NCBI GenBank assembly: GCA_051362555.1
Contig: CM120642.1
Coordinates: forward strand, 29,636,001 to 29,700,000
DNA length: 64,000 nt
Direction: 5' to 3'
From: Lingula anatina
Lineage: Eukaryota > Animalia > Brachiopoda
Of the stretch, positions 40,561 through 54,020 are shown piece after piece. The notes beneath the pieces are model-generated. The model made no database searches and was not told the origin of the DNA. It saw nothing but the letters and a program-made list of their open reading frames with translations. Within the stretch, counting starts at the first letter, position 1, and each line of letters begins with the position of its first letter. The position numbers were made by a program, and so were the translations under genes.

Positions 40561-41395
40561 AAGTAGAACGGACAAGGTCCATTCTTGGGATGCGCGATTC
40601 TCAGTTTCTGATTGCACAACAGTCGCTAGATAGTTATATCAGGCATGGAAAATGTCTGGAACTCTTTTCATGCACTTTGACTAATGAGATCACAGGTCGC
40701 CTGAAACAACCTCGGCTTTCATTATATTGCTACTTGCAAAATCATTCCAAAAATCGTAAGGAAATTGTAAAAATTAATTAATGCGAATAGCAGAGTCAGC
40801 GACCACAGAAAAATCATTGAAAACCAAAGACTGATATGAATTTTTACCTTCTACTTGTGGATTTGGCGAAAAAGATCAACACGTAAAATGCTGAACTCGA
40901 ATTTTTACATCACCAGATTATATTGTATTGCAACTGTTTTGAGTTAATGTTACAACATACAGCTGTATTAGCAGGAGTGTTATATGCATTTTGCTTCAGT
41001 TTATGTTTTAGAATCATAATTCTAAGAAGTCGTCGTTTTTCAAATTCAAATTTTATTTTCATCGTAACTGATACATCAATATCCATACACTGCTAGTCAT
41101 TACTATCATCAGAAACAACAAACATTTTAGATTCGCTTTTACAAATGCTTTTCCACAGAGTTTGGTCGGAACCAGTGACACACTTACGTGGTTTTAACAA
41201 TACCTCTGAATCATTGAAACTATGAATCAAGACACTCTTGAGAATAGAATTGAATAGAGTATCTGTTTTGAATTGGCTCGTGTTTTCCAAATCTCGCATC
41301 ATATTTCCTTCAAATCAATATTCAAATTATTTTAACTATGCTTGTTTTCAGCTACAACATTAATATTACGTCCCTTTTCCTATTTGGTTCGTTAT

Positions 41396-42087
41396 CTAAA
41401 ACTGTAAAGCTCTGGAGGGGTCCCAGTTCTTGAATGCTTGCTGAACGTTGGGTGTTTTACCTGAATACAATTATATTAAAATTGTTCACACAGCTAAATG
41501 AAGTGAAACAGAAAGAACTCTTTGAATTATTCGGTACGTTATGAAGACATTGTAAGCAGTGTTGACCATATCATTATTTTTGTTGACCTTTTTATTATCT
41601 TTGTTTTTGTTATCATTTTCCAAATTAGTTGCCGAAATATCCTGATAACCATATTTAAAGTACTTGAAAATATTTGAAATGTTAATTAATTTACTGGAGC
41701 AGCATTATATTCAAGGAAAAGTATCGTTATTAATCTATTTTCTAGTAAACAAATCACCAAGAAAACAGTACCAACCAACGGCAATCTCATTATAATCGAC
41801 TTTTGCGTTTTTGCCCAGTGACACACAACGTCTTCCTTGACGTTCATCACACAAAGAAGCTTCATCGCCATTTATATGCTTGTGACCCGAGTTACAATTA
41901 GTCGCCCTTCGGTTGTTGCACCTAACTGCATCAGCCTCATTAGGATGGGTATGTCCATTGTCGCAGACAGATTCACTTTGTCCTACATGTATAATAAATT
42001 TGATCATGACAGACGCCGTTTGTCACGTAGAGGCTGCTTCACTATTCCCTTAACGGTTGAAATACCCCTTTCTATATTGTTTACAAT

Positions 42088-42128
<41 letters not shown>

Positions 42129-42141
42129 TGTACTCACCCAT
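41396..42141 (-). CDS. Small Cys/His-repeat protein, paralog D (91 aa, putatively N-myristoylated), family unassigned
   Basis: Exons 42141-42138 (ATG G|gtgagt), 41982-41776 (207 nt), 41460-41396. Protein: MGQSESVCDNGHTHPNEADAVRCNNRRATNCNSGHKHINGDEASLCDERQGRRCVSLGKNAKVDYNEIAVGKTPNVQQAFKNWDPSRALQF*. Confidence 0.83.
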
Positions 42142-43089
42142 CTTTCGTCCGATAATTTTACGACGGGAATGGTTGGAGGTGAATATGGGCTCACGTTGAC
42201 TCAGTATGACTTTTTATCGGGATAGCCTTTTATCCGTCGACAACAGCGCCCTCCTTTATTCCAACTTCAAACCTTGTATTCCCAACTTGCGGTCAGCAAT
42301 AAAAACCACACTGATATATCTGCAGCTCACTTTGTATAAATTTGGTGAAATTTGGTGTCTTTTCAATTTTATGGACATATCCTTTGTTGAAATCACAGTG
42401 AAACACTGGATTTGAGGGGCGCATGGTCATTAATCATGCTAGATATGGTTTCAGGAATAAAAAGCACTGTTTATAGCACCTGTGAAGTGATCATTTATAA
42501 AAAAAAAAGCAAGTGGAATTGAGTGTGGGACAATCTTTTTGACCAATGTTGTATACACGTATTATCGCGAACTCTACTTATTCTGAGAATTCGTTTTATG
42601 TTTTGTAAATTAATATACTGGTAATTTCATATGTTGGTTTTGCTTTTCACTCATAAAAATATTAATCTTCAATGTAGGTATTTTCGGATTTCAATTTGTT
42701 TAATTTTACTTCTATTAGTTAGATAAGTTATCTATTTCTGCTTGTTAGATTTTTCTTTACACCCACACATCTATGTATTTTTATTCAACTGCAAATTAGT
42801 CTTATTTCTCCAAATTAATCAATGTTATTTAATATGAGTAACAAAGTGCATCATCATGGTTAGTCATCAAGGTTCAAACCCACTCATATGACATTTAAAG
42901 AGATGACATTTTAGGGTAAGTAATCAGAGCAAAAATTAATGTTCGGTTGTCTTATGATAGCTGTGCTGAACTGACAATTTACAAAACACCTGTCTGGCAT
43001 GTCTACGTGCCGGTGGTGCCAGTCACCTGGCATTTAAAACAATTCAACCTAAAGACCGTCACGTTTGTACACTTATTAATCTCTTATAA

Positions 43090-43435
43090 TAAGAAATCAA
43101 GTTTGTACAACTATCAAGCCATTTTGTGAGAAGTAATTAAGTTTCTACAATTATTAATTTTTTGAATAAGTAATCATGACTGTATAATTTTTATATAAAT
43201 CTTTGTGTGAAGAGTAATCAAGTTTGTAGAACTATCAAGCCTTTTTGTGACGAGTAAATTTGTGAAATTATCATAAGTCATATTTCGTTGACAGTGGGGC
43301 TCGAGTCCTTTGTTATTTGTTTTAGCTTGTTTATCAATTATCAATTTATTTATCAATGCAATTATCAAGCCTTTTCGGATAAGTAATCAAGTTTGTACAA
43401 TTATCATGCTTCATTTTTGATAAGTCATATTTCGT
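43090..43435. repeat. Degenerate minisatellite downstream of the Bf-like stop codon
   Basis: Recurrent unit AAGTAATCAAGTTTGTACAA(C/T)TATCAAGCC at about 43092, 43131, 43212 and 43381. Confidence 0.6.
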
Positions 43436-44058
43436 CGAGTTTGGTTCGAGTCCAAAGTTTATACTCAAACCCATGTCATTATCTGTCCATCGATTAATAA
43501 ATATTTGTTCTCTATTAACCAATCTCGTATGAGTTATTTAGTACTAGTAGTTGTCGATTGCGACAATCTCATCTGTTGCAATACGTAAAAGAAGTTGGGT
43601 GAGAAGTTAGCTGTGTCAGCACTACATACTTAGCGCTGCTGCATTGCTTAATATTTGGTGAGTCCATTGGTTTGCTCTTTTTGCGCTGATCCCGGTCTGA
43701 TAATGACAGATCAAGGGCCGTCCTGTAAGTCTCAATATTTCGGAAACGTTTGCACAGAAGAGTTACAAATTGTGCATTTCAAAGTAGCTCGTTCTATAAC
43801 GCGCGAAATGTTGCTGTACGCCAGAATATACATGTAGAAACTGCTGCCCAGCCTACCGTATTTGGGCAGAGGATGTCACGCCCAGGGCATTCATACTAGT
43901 ACGTTACCATCGAGAGACAGAACCTGATCTTTCGGTTATGCTGCTACAACTAAACAAACCCTTTTAGTCTAAGAAAAATGGCTTGACCCTTCACGTCTTC
44001 TTGATGTTGCACACTGTGCAATGCGTTCTCTGTGTCTTACACGAGAATAAACACAGGG

Positions 44059-45484
44059 TTACCCTGTCTTAGACCTTGTTATATGATCCTGAATCCATGA
44101 CATTAAATGATCCAACTTGGTAAATAAAATGTTACTGTCACCATGTCTGCAGTCTGTGCTCATGCTGTGGGCAGCGACACCTGGAGTGAAAATTATTTAT
44201 TAGAAGAAAAACGCTATATTTGAATAGGAATTTTTAATTTGAACTCTTGTGAATTCAAAGGCCGCAGTCTAATCGTGCGACGTTATAAATTTTGAAAAAT
44301 GTACTAAATAAGGCATTTAAAGTTGTGGCGTGCAGTTGTGGCGTGTTTCTCTATAAACAGAATAAACGCTATTTTGTATAATTAAAAGTGTTAGTTTGCA
44401 CCAAAGATTAGGGATCTGGTTAGATGCCATTTCATTATAAACAGCCATTTAAATTTATCACACTGGGCATAAAAATAATTTCTGAAAAAGTAAAATGAAA
44501 ATCCTTACCGATTTGTATCCAGATTTCCTCTCTGGATTCCTTCTTCATGAGCCTCCTGAACAGAGCTCCATCACCTCGCTGATGACAGCCACTCTTTACT
44601 GCACTGGTAGAGTTAAAGGCAACTGGGTATGAAAATAAAAAAGTAATAAGTACAAATAAAACAAAATATTGAACCTCTTTTTTCGCCTTTCGGACATCGC
44701 AACTGTGCTTTTTACAAATGTGCCATTGTGAAATTAAATTTATGACGGTATGGTATGTGTGCAATTTCTTTATGTCTATTGGTAAAATTAAACTTTGACA
44801 GAAAAAGTCATACCTGCGCAAAGTTCGTGTTCATTTGTTGGTTGACGTCTTGATTGACAGTCATCTGGTGGGCGAATTTTCTGTAATTTCTGCACGGAAG
44901 AAAAGGAAAGAAGTAGAAACTTGTATTCAGTTTTAAATTTTCATTTCAAATCCCCATGCAAACACTTTTGGCTACCGATGTCCTGCTTTTTCAGTTCTGT
45001 TGAAGACAGAATTTTTAAACTTATAAGGACAATTGCTTATTAACCAGAATATCAGCTGTAGTGATTCTACTCATTCTAGCACAGTATAAACAAGAGTTTC
45101 ATTACCTGTATTATTCTGGGTTGATCAGCAGTCTGCCGCCAGGTGGCACTTACACCAAGATGGTCCATTCCTGGTCTCCGGAATGTGGTTAAATCGTCAT
45201 AGTCAAATAGGCTTAAATCTTTTAATATAAAATGACAATAAAGATGGAAAAATACATATCTTAAGCATTGGAAACAAACATATTTTCTCTAAATGAAAGA
45301 CCTGGGTTAAAATACACTTTCCTATCAGACTGAGAGAATCCAAAAACAACGACCACCAGTATTTGAATTACCATCGTTTTCCAAAATTAAATTATAATAG
45401 AAGCTTCAAAAATAAGTAACAATACTTAAAGAAAGAAAGAAAGAAAGAAAGAAAGAAGGAGTTAAGGAAAGAAAAATATTTTGG

Positions 45485-45537
<53 letters not shown>

Positions 45538-48500
45538 TTAGTAAATCAAAAACAAAAATTTCAAATAAAAGTTATATTTTTTCTTGTTTTAATACCTAGC
45601 GTATTGGGCAGGCAGATCTTCCTCACGTAGGGACTGAACGAGACTCTTTCTGCCAGATACCACAGAGCAATGTTGTAACCAGGGGCAGCACTCGTCTGGT
45701 TCTGGTCGTATGTGTGAACGTGTAATACTTCAACTTTATGTGAACCTAAGACAAATTAAAGACAGACTTCTGCCGAGAAACCGAGAACATAAATTCATAA
45801 CGAACGCATTATCGGAAAAGCAAGGAAATGCATTATTATTGGATTTAATACATGTCGTGTAAAAACGAAATGAGGACCGAAGACATGTTTTAAATAAGCT
45901 TAAACAATATAATGGATATATTCAATAAAAGCCACTTAATAATCAGCAGTTAAACAGATTTTCTTTATATTGCTAGTTTCGCTTATTTTGAACTATCAAA
46001 ACAAATTACCTATTTTCACGTACGCCTTCCCCACCGCTCGCCCTTCCAGACAACTGGCGCTGCTGAGTACCCAGTACTCGTCCACCAGCGTCCCCGTGCA
46101 CACAAACGGGATCTGAAACCATTAACATTCCAAAAACATGCATATTTTCACAGTGAAGGTCGGCCATTTAATGATTCATAACTGATAGAGCGTCAGTATA
46201 TCGCCTTATACAGGGGTATAATGATAATAACAATAAAATATGTATAATAATAAAAATAAATTAAATCGAAAAAAGAAGAGTTTTAGGTTGATTTTGTACA
46301 AAAAGCTTTCATTAAGCCAAAACATTATAACACTGCATAACACTATGCAGTACAGAAATACAAGCAATGTATTAGGCTTGTCAATTTGTAAACTGGTTGG
46401 TTATCAACAAATACCAATGAGGATTGAATAGAAAGGGAACTAAAAGTGTATCAAAATAGAAGAATTAAAATAAACAAATTGTTTCAACATAAAATGTTAA
46501 AAAAGACTCATAATTATGTGCAAATTAGGGCTCGTTTGAGAATTACTATGCCCAGGTTACCATACCTGATTTCTCTCTATATGCTCTGTCTCGCTGGAGA
46601 ATATGCCAACCACCCACGGCCACGTCTGTTCACTGGAACTCTCGCTGTGGTCAATCTTATATAAGTCAGTCTCTGCCATTGTTTTTCCACAGCCAGAGTA
46701 ATCTGTGGACAATTAAACCATTAAACACGACAAAATTAAATATTTATCTAGATTCGATGACACGTCATAGAGACGACTGATACAACAGAAGTTAAATAAA
46801 ATTCTGATAGTCAAAATGATGGGCAAGATGGGCAAGACTTTTAGGCTGTATTCCCAGAGCTTTTAGATCGATCTATCCCCGCGGGGAGTCTCACTAGATT
46901 ACTGTCAGATAATCCGGCTTAAATGTCCGTCCCGCCTACTACAAGCTGTAAGGGGATAATTAACTTTCGTGTCCGCTCGGCTGACAGCTATTCAGCGTGA
47001 ACCCCCAGGGAGTTGGGTCGATCTAAAGTAGATCGATCTAATCTCTGGAAATAGGGTCTTAAAATTATCAAAAAAGCATGTCTAAAATAGGAATGCCTCC
47101 CTTACAAACGGATACACATTTACGTACCAATGTTCATATTATTCATTGCGTCCCTCAGAGTCCGTAGTTCAAAATAATCTCTTAGAATAAACACATTGTT
47201 TTCTGTTGGCCTGGACACAAGTTGTCGTAAAGTCTGGTTGTGGGCAGATGCGGTAAACCCAAAAGTGATAATGCGAACGTCGTGTCGATTCTTGAGTTCT
47301 TCCGCTTTTTGTATATATTGATCACCTAATATGTGATTTCCTAAATAAAAGAAAATGTGGTTATCAATTAATAAATAACATGGTCATCCTTCTCATCCAA
47401 TGCGGTAAAGAGAAACGTGCTTTCTTTTTAAGAGGCGTATGACGCATTCAATGTGTTACGCATCGAGGACAACGTGCATTGAAAACTAAGTACTATTGTA
47501 TAGCCTACATCACTGCATAGCTTTAACTTAAAATGCATTGAATATCATTATTGTATTTAAATACAACAAAGTTATGGGTTTACCGTCAGTAAATAAAATC
47601 ACTGTTTTAGTAGAATTGGCAGACCCTCGTTTTTTAACCGCCTTTGGGATCATCACGTCACTTAGGTATTCAAGGGCAACGTCGACGCCAACACCGTCAT
47701 CACCTGCAGATTAGAAGATAATGGTGTGATCAAATTTATTGTCTGAATAAAGGCAACGGTGGTAGTTTTACCAGTTGTTATTTCATAAACATTTAACTTG
47801 AAAAATAATTAAATGGGGAAAACCTGTATCCAAACAGGTGAGAATAAGTGAGTTTACATGTATCCAATAGTTATCGTCTTCATTAGATTTTTGTATAAAA
47901 GCTTCGTCTTCAGAAGTCCGCTGTAAACGAGAACTCCCACCTGTATATAGTATGTTATCCAAAGCATCAAGTATCTCCTGTTCACTTGAATGATCGTAGC
48001 TATGAAAGCCGCGTTCTTTCTCTAGTGCCGGGGTTGTAAAGTCAGCGTCTAGGGTTATGGCACCAAACTGGGTCCCGGATGACTGGGATGATACCCCAAA
48101 CTGGATCAGAAAATTGTGATAAATCGATCAGTCGAAACACAAGAAATTGCTTTCTTCTGTCTTTGATGGTGTTTTTGATATTTGTATTATGATCAAAACG
48201 CCATTGCATATTAACAATAAATTAAACGTGGTTTACTTTAAGCAGCGTAAAAAGGGTGACTAGGCCCAAACGCGCATGGTTTTTTAATTGAAAATATAAG
48301 TTTGGTTATTCAGCACTATTCTCTATTTTCCATCCATTAAACTACTCCGAAATCAGATTAAAACGTGACCATACATGTATAATATACCTCATAAATAACA
48401 TGCTTTGCAAATTCCAAACCACGACCAAAAGAAACGTTCCCAATGAAACGCGTGGAGTCGAATATTAAGAAGACGTCTAGGCCATTGGACGCCAAACGGT

Positions 48501-51500
48501 CTCCGTCCTGTCTCGCCACTGCTGTTTTACTCGATGAAGAGGAAAGAGACAGCGCATCTGTGACTTGTTTTAGCCGTTTGGCGATTTCTGCAGTATCTTC
48601 AAATGTTTCTGGGTCTGACATCAAACGATGAATATAGAAATTTTGTTACTGAAAAATCTTGGCCGCTTAGCTAACAGTGAAATAAATTGCGTTCTTAGTA
48701 AAAAAAAAACAATAATAAAATAAAAATAATAAAATTAAGTGCGGTATAAACCTTTTGTTGGTTTTTTAAATGAATAATATAATTTACCTTACGGATTTTC
48801 CAAACTGGCATTTCTACCACTCTATACATGTATGAAAGTGAAATCAAGCTATTCACTATTCTAACAGAAATATTCCATACATTACACAGCACCTGGACTA
48901 TGAGACAAATGAACACAGTGGTGATCTACCTTCACAACGAGGCTGGTCACCTGACCATTCCCCAGTGGAGAGACACTTTCTTTCCTCCGACCCGAGAAGA
49001 ACGTGTCCAGGTTTGCAGCTAAATCGTACAGAATCGCCCACATTGTAGCCGTGGCCATTCTTGTAACCGTTCAGTGGAACAACGGGAACTGGACAATGGG
49101 TATCTAAAAGGCAAGGAACCTTTCTAGAGACAGTATTTACAATAGAGACAAAAAAATACTACCTGGATATAAATGTCATCTTTTTTATTTTTACATGTAC
49201 AGTATCCCTTACGAAAATTTCCTATAGGATTTCCTATAGGATTTCCTATAAGATTTCCTATAGGATCCTATAAGATTTCCTATAGGATTTCCTATAGGAT
49301 CCTATAGGAATTCCTATAGGATCCTATAGGAAATTGTCCCTTTTTCCTATAGGATCCTATAGGAAATCTTATAGGATCCTATAGGAAATCTTATAGGATC
49401 CTATAGGAAATCCTATAGGATCCTATAGGAAATCCTATAGGATCCTATAGGAAATCTTATAGGATCCTATAGAAAATCCTATAGGATCCTATAGGAAATC
49501 TTATAGGATCCTATAGGAAATCTTATAGGATCCTATAGGAAATCTTATAGGATCCTATAGGAAATCTTATAGGAACCTATAGAAATTCATATTAACTGCT
49601 TTGAATATTTTTACAGCTTTTTATATATTGTTGGATCTTTGGCAAAATTGGTAATAGGCACTGGTCCCTCAAAACAAAAGAGAATATCATGTTTACATTC
49701 TTTATTCAATATGTATAAATGTATGTACATATTCCACAGTATGGTATGCATCCAGCTTACTAGAGAATTGTTTCATAGATTTTTGCAAAGTTAATGGTGT
49801 TGCTACTGCTTTTTAATTATAAGTTCTAAAAGTTATCACAAGTATCCAATATGTCTTGTCAAGCTGTGGCGTCACTGTCTTTTTCTTGTGTGAGTTCGAA
49901 CTCCTGCCAGAATAAGTGGCTAAAACCTCCCTTGGCCAGACCGTGTCCATTGTCAGCATACTGCTTCAGTCACTTAATAATTGAAGAATTTCAGACAAAA
50001 GTCTTTTGCACATTGTTCAATTTTATTGTGATAAGTCTTTTGCACATTGTTCAACTTTACTGTGATAACCTTCTTAACCTCCGTCTGAGTTGCGTTGAAC
50101 CATTTGCAGACGTATTCTGAAAGAAAGACATTGTGAATTTCAATTAATTGTACATGTCTACAAAAATGCAAAATCATGAAGGAAAAAATTTCTGAAAACA
50201 ATAATAATCATTGCACCAATTCTATTTTGAGCAATTCATAGCCTTTATTAGTTAACTGAATATTTTTCAAAGACAAGGTATTAAAGCTAGATAATTTGTA
50301 AAAAAAAAAATATAAAGAACATGAACATATTTTATAGGACCAAGTCCACAGGAACAATCAGAAACGAATTTTAAAATGCAGAAATCCACAGTGGAGAAAA
50401 CTCTACTCTGGTTAAATATGCAATTGGGCCATTACAAAGCTGCCAGGGCCAAAAAAGTCCCAAAAACTCATAGAAAATTCATTTCCAAGGGTAAACGGTA
50501 ATTCCCTATTCTCACCAGTCTTTGCTTGACCTAAATCATCAGTCCAAACCACAAAAAAGCAACCCCCAAATTAAATTTTATAGCTTTTATGTAAGCAAAA
50601 TGGCCAGATTTTCACAATGCACATTTCATTTCCATTATGTATAGGTTAGCAAAAAATATTTTTAAACAAACTATGGTGTTTACCTTACATTAAGGGTTGA
50701 AAAGAAATTAAAGGGAAAGAAAACTTGGCAAATAAACGATCCTGAAGAATGTGTGAGGTAATGAAATTTGCCCTGACAGCCCCTCTAACATGTTAATTGT
50801 ATGTTATTTATTAGCATGGGTCTTCCTCAGTTATATATCATGATGGTCCCTTGGAGGCAGTTGTGGATAACATTAAATAGATAATTTTTAATAAATCACA
50901 AACCAAATGTTAAATGAAATGTAAAGTTGTTTTAGATTCAACTGCATTTAAAGAAATATGAGCAATTGATCACAGTTTTATAAGAAATAAAGAGACTAAA
51001 CAATGATTGCATTATGTATCCTTGTTTCTTCATTATAAATTATAACTTGTTCAATGTAATATAGATATGTTGTTTACAAGGTAAACTACAAATTAGATCA
51101 AATAATTATCTCATTTTCAATTTGATTAGATGCCCAAATGATCCAATGCATTACTGTAATACATACCTTCCTCAATCAGATTCTTCTACACTCTGTACCC
51201 TTCCCCTATGCTCTTGAATTTAAACTGTCTTGATAGCTGTATACTCATTTGGTGCTAGTCTCATATAAACAAAGACTTAGACAGGATACCACACATCTGA
51301 TAATATCTAATAGGCAGTTACTGTTACCAAGGAGTTATAACTCCTTGCTGTTACTAGTGTAACAATAGCTACAGGAGTAGTGACCTAATAATAGGTGCCA
51401 GGCTAACAAAAGAAATTCACAGTTGTTGAATCTGTGGTTATGGCTGACATCAGTTGACTGTTAAACCTTACAAGTGATTGAGCATGGTTTATAATAAAAT

Positions 51501-53954
51501 GTGTCTTTATAAACATATTAATTTATCCTCGTTTCCCATCCTTTATGAGGGACAGTACTATACCCATGCTGTTTGCACTTATGCTTTTACATTATATTTT
51601 ATATATTAGGCAGAATTGCACTTTCACTTTTTAACACAGCCAAGGTCAGGTAAAATCTGATTAGATGAGGTTGACTTTCAATATAATAGAAGAAATATGA
51701 AGTAAGTAAATATTATGATCACACAAAAAGTAAAAATACATTATATACTGATAATAAGACCAGTTTCATTATTTTTCATTTAACCCGGCTTTATAAAAAA
51801 TCACTGGATGAATTAGCATAGGATTTCCTATAGAAATTCCTATAGGATCCTATAGGAATTTTAGAATGGTCTGAACATAAATTAAAAATTAAAATTATAT
51901 AATGATATTTAGATTAGACTCATTATTTTTATTCAACCCGGCCTTATAAAAATTCCCTGTATGAATTAACATAGGATTTCCTATAGGTTCCTATAAAAAT
52001 TCCTATAAAATTTCCTATAGGATCCTATAGGAATTTTTATAATGGTCTGAACATAAATTAAAAATCAAAATCATATACTGATATTTAAACCAGATTCATT
52101 ATTTTTCATTCAACCTGGCCTTATAAAAATTCCTTATACATACACATTTATACATATTGAATAAAGAATGTAAACATGATATTATCTTTTGTTTTGAGGG
52201 GCCAGTGCTTATTACCAATTTTGCCAAAGATCCAACAATATATAAAAAGCTGTAAAAATATTCAAAGCAGTTAATATAAATTTCTATAGGTTCCTATAAG
52301 ATTTCCTATAGGATCCTATAAGATTTCCTATAGGATCCTATAGGAAATCCTATAGGAAATCCTATAGGATCCTATAAGATTTCCTATAGGATCCTATAAG
52401 ATTTCCTATAGGAATTTTTGTAATGGTCTGAACATAAATTTAAAAAATAATTTCAGCTTCAGTGATTTGGTACAAAATCATTCCTAATGATAAAATACTT
52501 CTCCATAGAAGATTACTTTACAAATGATCAATTTTTCAAGATTTCTTTAAAATATAAATTAAAGAATTTTTCTATAGAATCCTATAGAAGACTATAAGAT
52601 TGTGCATTACAAACAATAAAAAGCATTTTTACTTTAATAGTGATATATAATTGACAATTAAACTGATAAGATTGACTTATATCAAATATCTATTGTTTAG
52701 AATGATATTTGTTTATAAGTTATGCATTTTTCTCAAGATTTTAACTTACAACAATTTCCTATAGGATCCTATAGGAAATCCTATAGGAAAGGTGCCCTAT
52801 AGGATCCTATAAGATTTCCTATAGGATCCTATAGGAATCCTATAGGATCCTATAGGAAATTTTCGTAAGGGATGCACTCTATATCTTGAATCTTATTTCA
52901 GACAAAATTGAGCAAGAACAAGAAAAGAACACATACATGGTTTGCAGTAACAAATGAAAATAAAAATAAAAATTTAAAAATGCAAACAAAAAGTACGTCA
53001 ACGTACTCCCCGTATCACAGGTGGCGGTGGTGCCGCTCCACCTGCCGTTAGCCTGACACGTTCTCATCACGGAGCCCAGGTGTCGGAACCCGCTGAAGCA
53101 AGTAAACAGCACGCTACCTCCCAGGTGGAACGCACTGCCAATTCTACGTCCATTCTCTGGCCATCGTGGGTCCGGACACCGTACAGCTGAATGGTGAATG
53201 TGTAATTAGTCTTTAAAATCTGTATAATAAAAGCACTTGTTCTCTGCCTACCTTTATTTTTATCTATTTTTTATATTCTTGAATTCAAACTACATGACAT
53301 AATGTACACGTATGTAAAGATAGTTTGGCTGGTTGCCCTTATCATGCTGAAAATTTATACTATATAGAGTAAGACCTACATTGACAGAAAAAAAATCAAT
53401 TTTCAAAATATATTGTGCGTATTATCCGAAATCAATTTAATTATCCGATGTCGGCAACTGTAACTTTTTTAATTGAAGCACCATAATGGTGAAATCGTGA
53501 GTATTTGTAATAATTCTATATATCAATTATAATTAACTCATTTTCATATAAAAGGGTTTTGAAGTACTAATCTTACGTCTACAGGCCGGTTCCCACCCAC
53601 TCCAGCCCTCATAAAACACGGAACACTCCCTGCTGCTGGGGCCGAAGATTTTAAAGCCGTGAGCACAGCGGTAGTGGACGATGTCGCCGGCCTGGAACGT
53701 GGGGCGGTCCTCCTCCAAGATGACACCGTCATATGGGGCTAGTGGCTGAGGACAGGTCCAGACTGGAATAAAATATCACAACTGTGGTGAAAATTTTAGC
53801 CTTTATTGTTATCCTTATTATTACCCTTTTGGCTAGCCACCGAATAAACTTAAGATTTTTTTTATTTCTCCTTAAGCAAATAACCAAATAAATTGATAAA
53901 TAAGTATATTCCACATTTATTAACCAAATAACGAAGAATTAGCTTTGGACACAC

Positions 53955-54020
<66 letters not shown>

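Noticed and set aside
41093-41302. 69-aa minus-strand ORF downstream of paralog D
   Set aside because: It lies in the presumed 3'UTR, has no motif and has no counterpart after the other paralogs.
49216-49585. Regular short palindromic repeats that superficially resemble a CRISPR array
   Set aside because: There are no unique spacers and no cas genes, and the context is a eukaryotic intron. These are the subterminal arrays of a TIR element.
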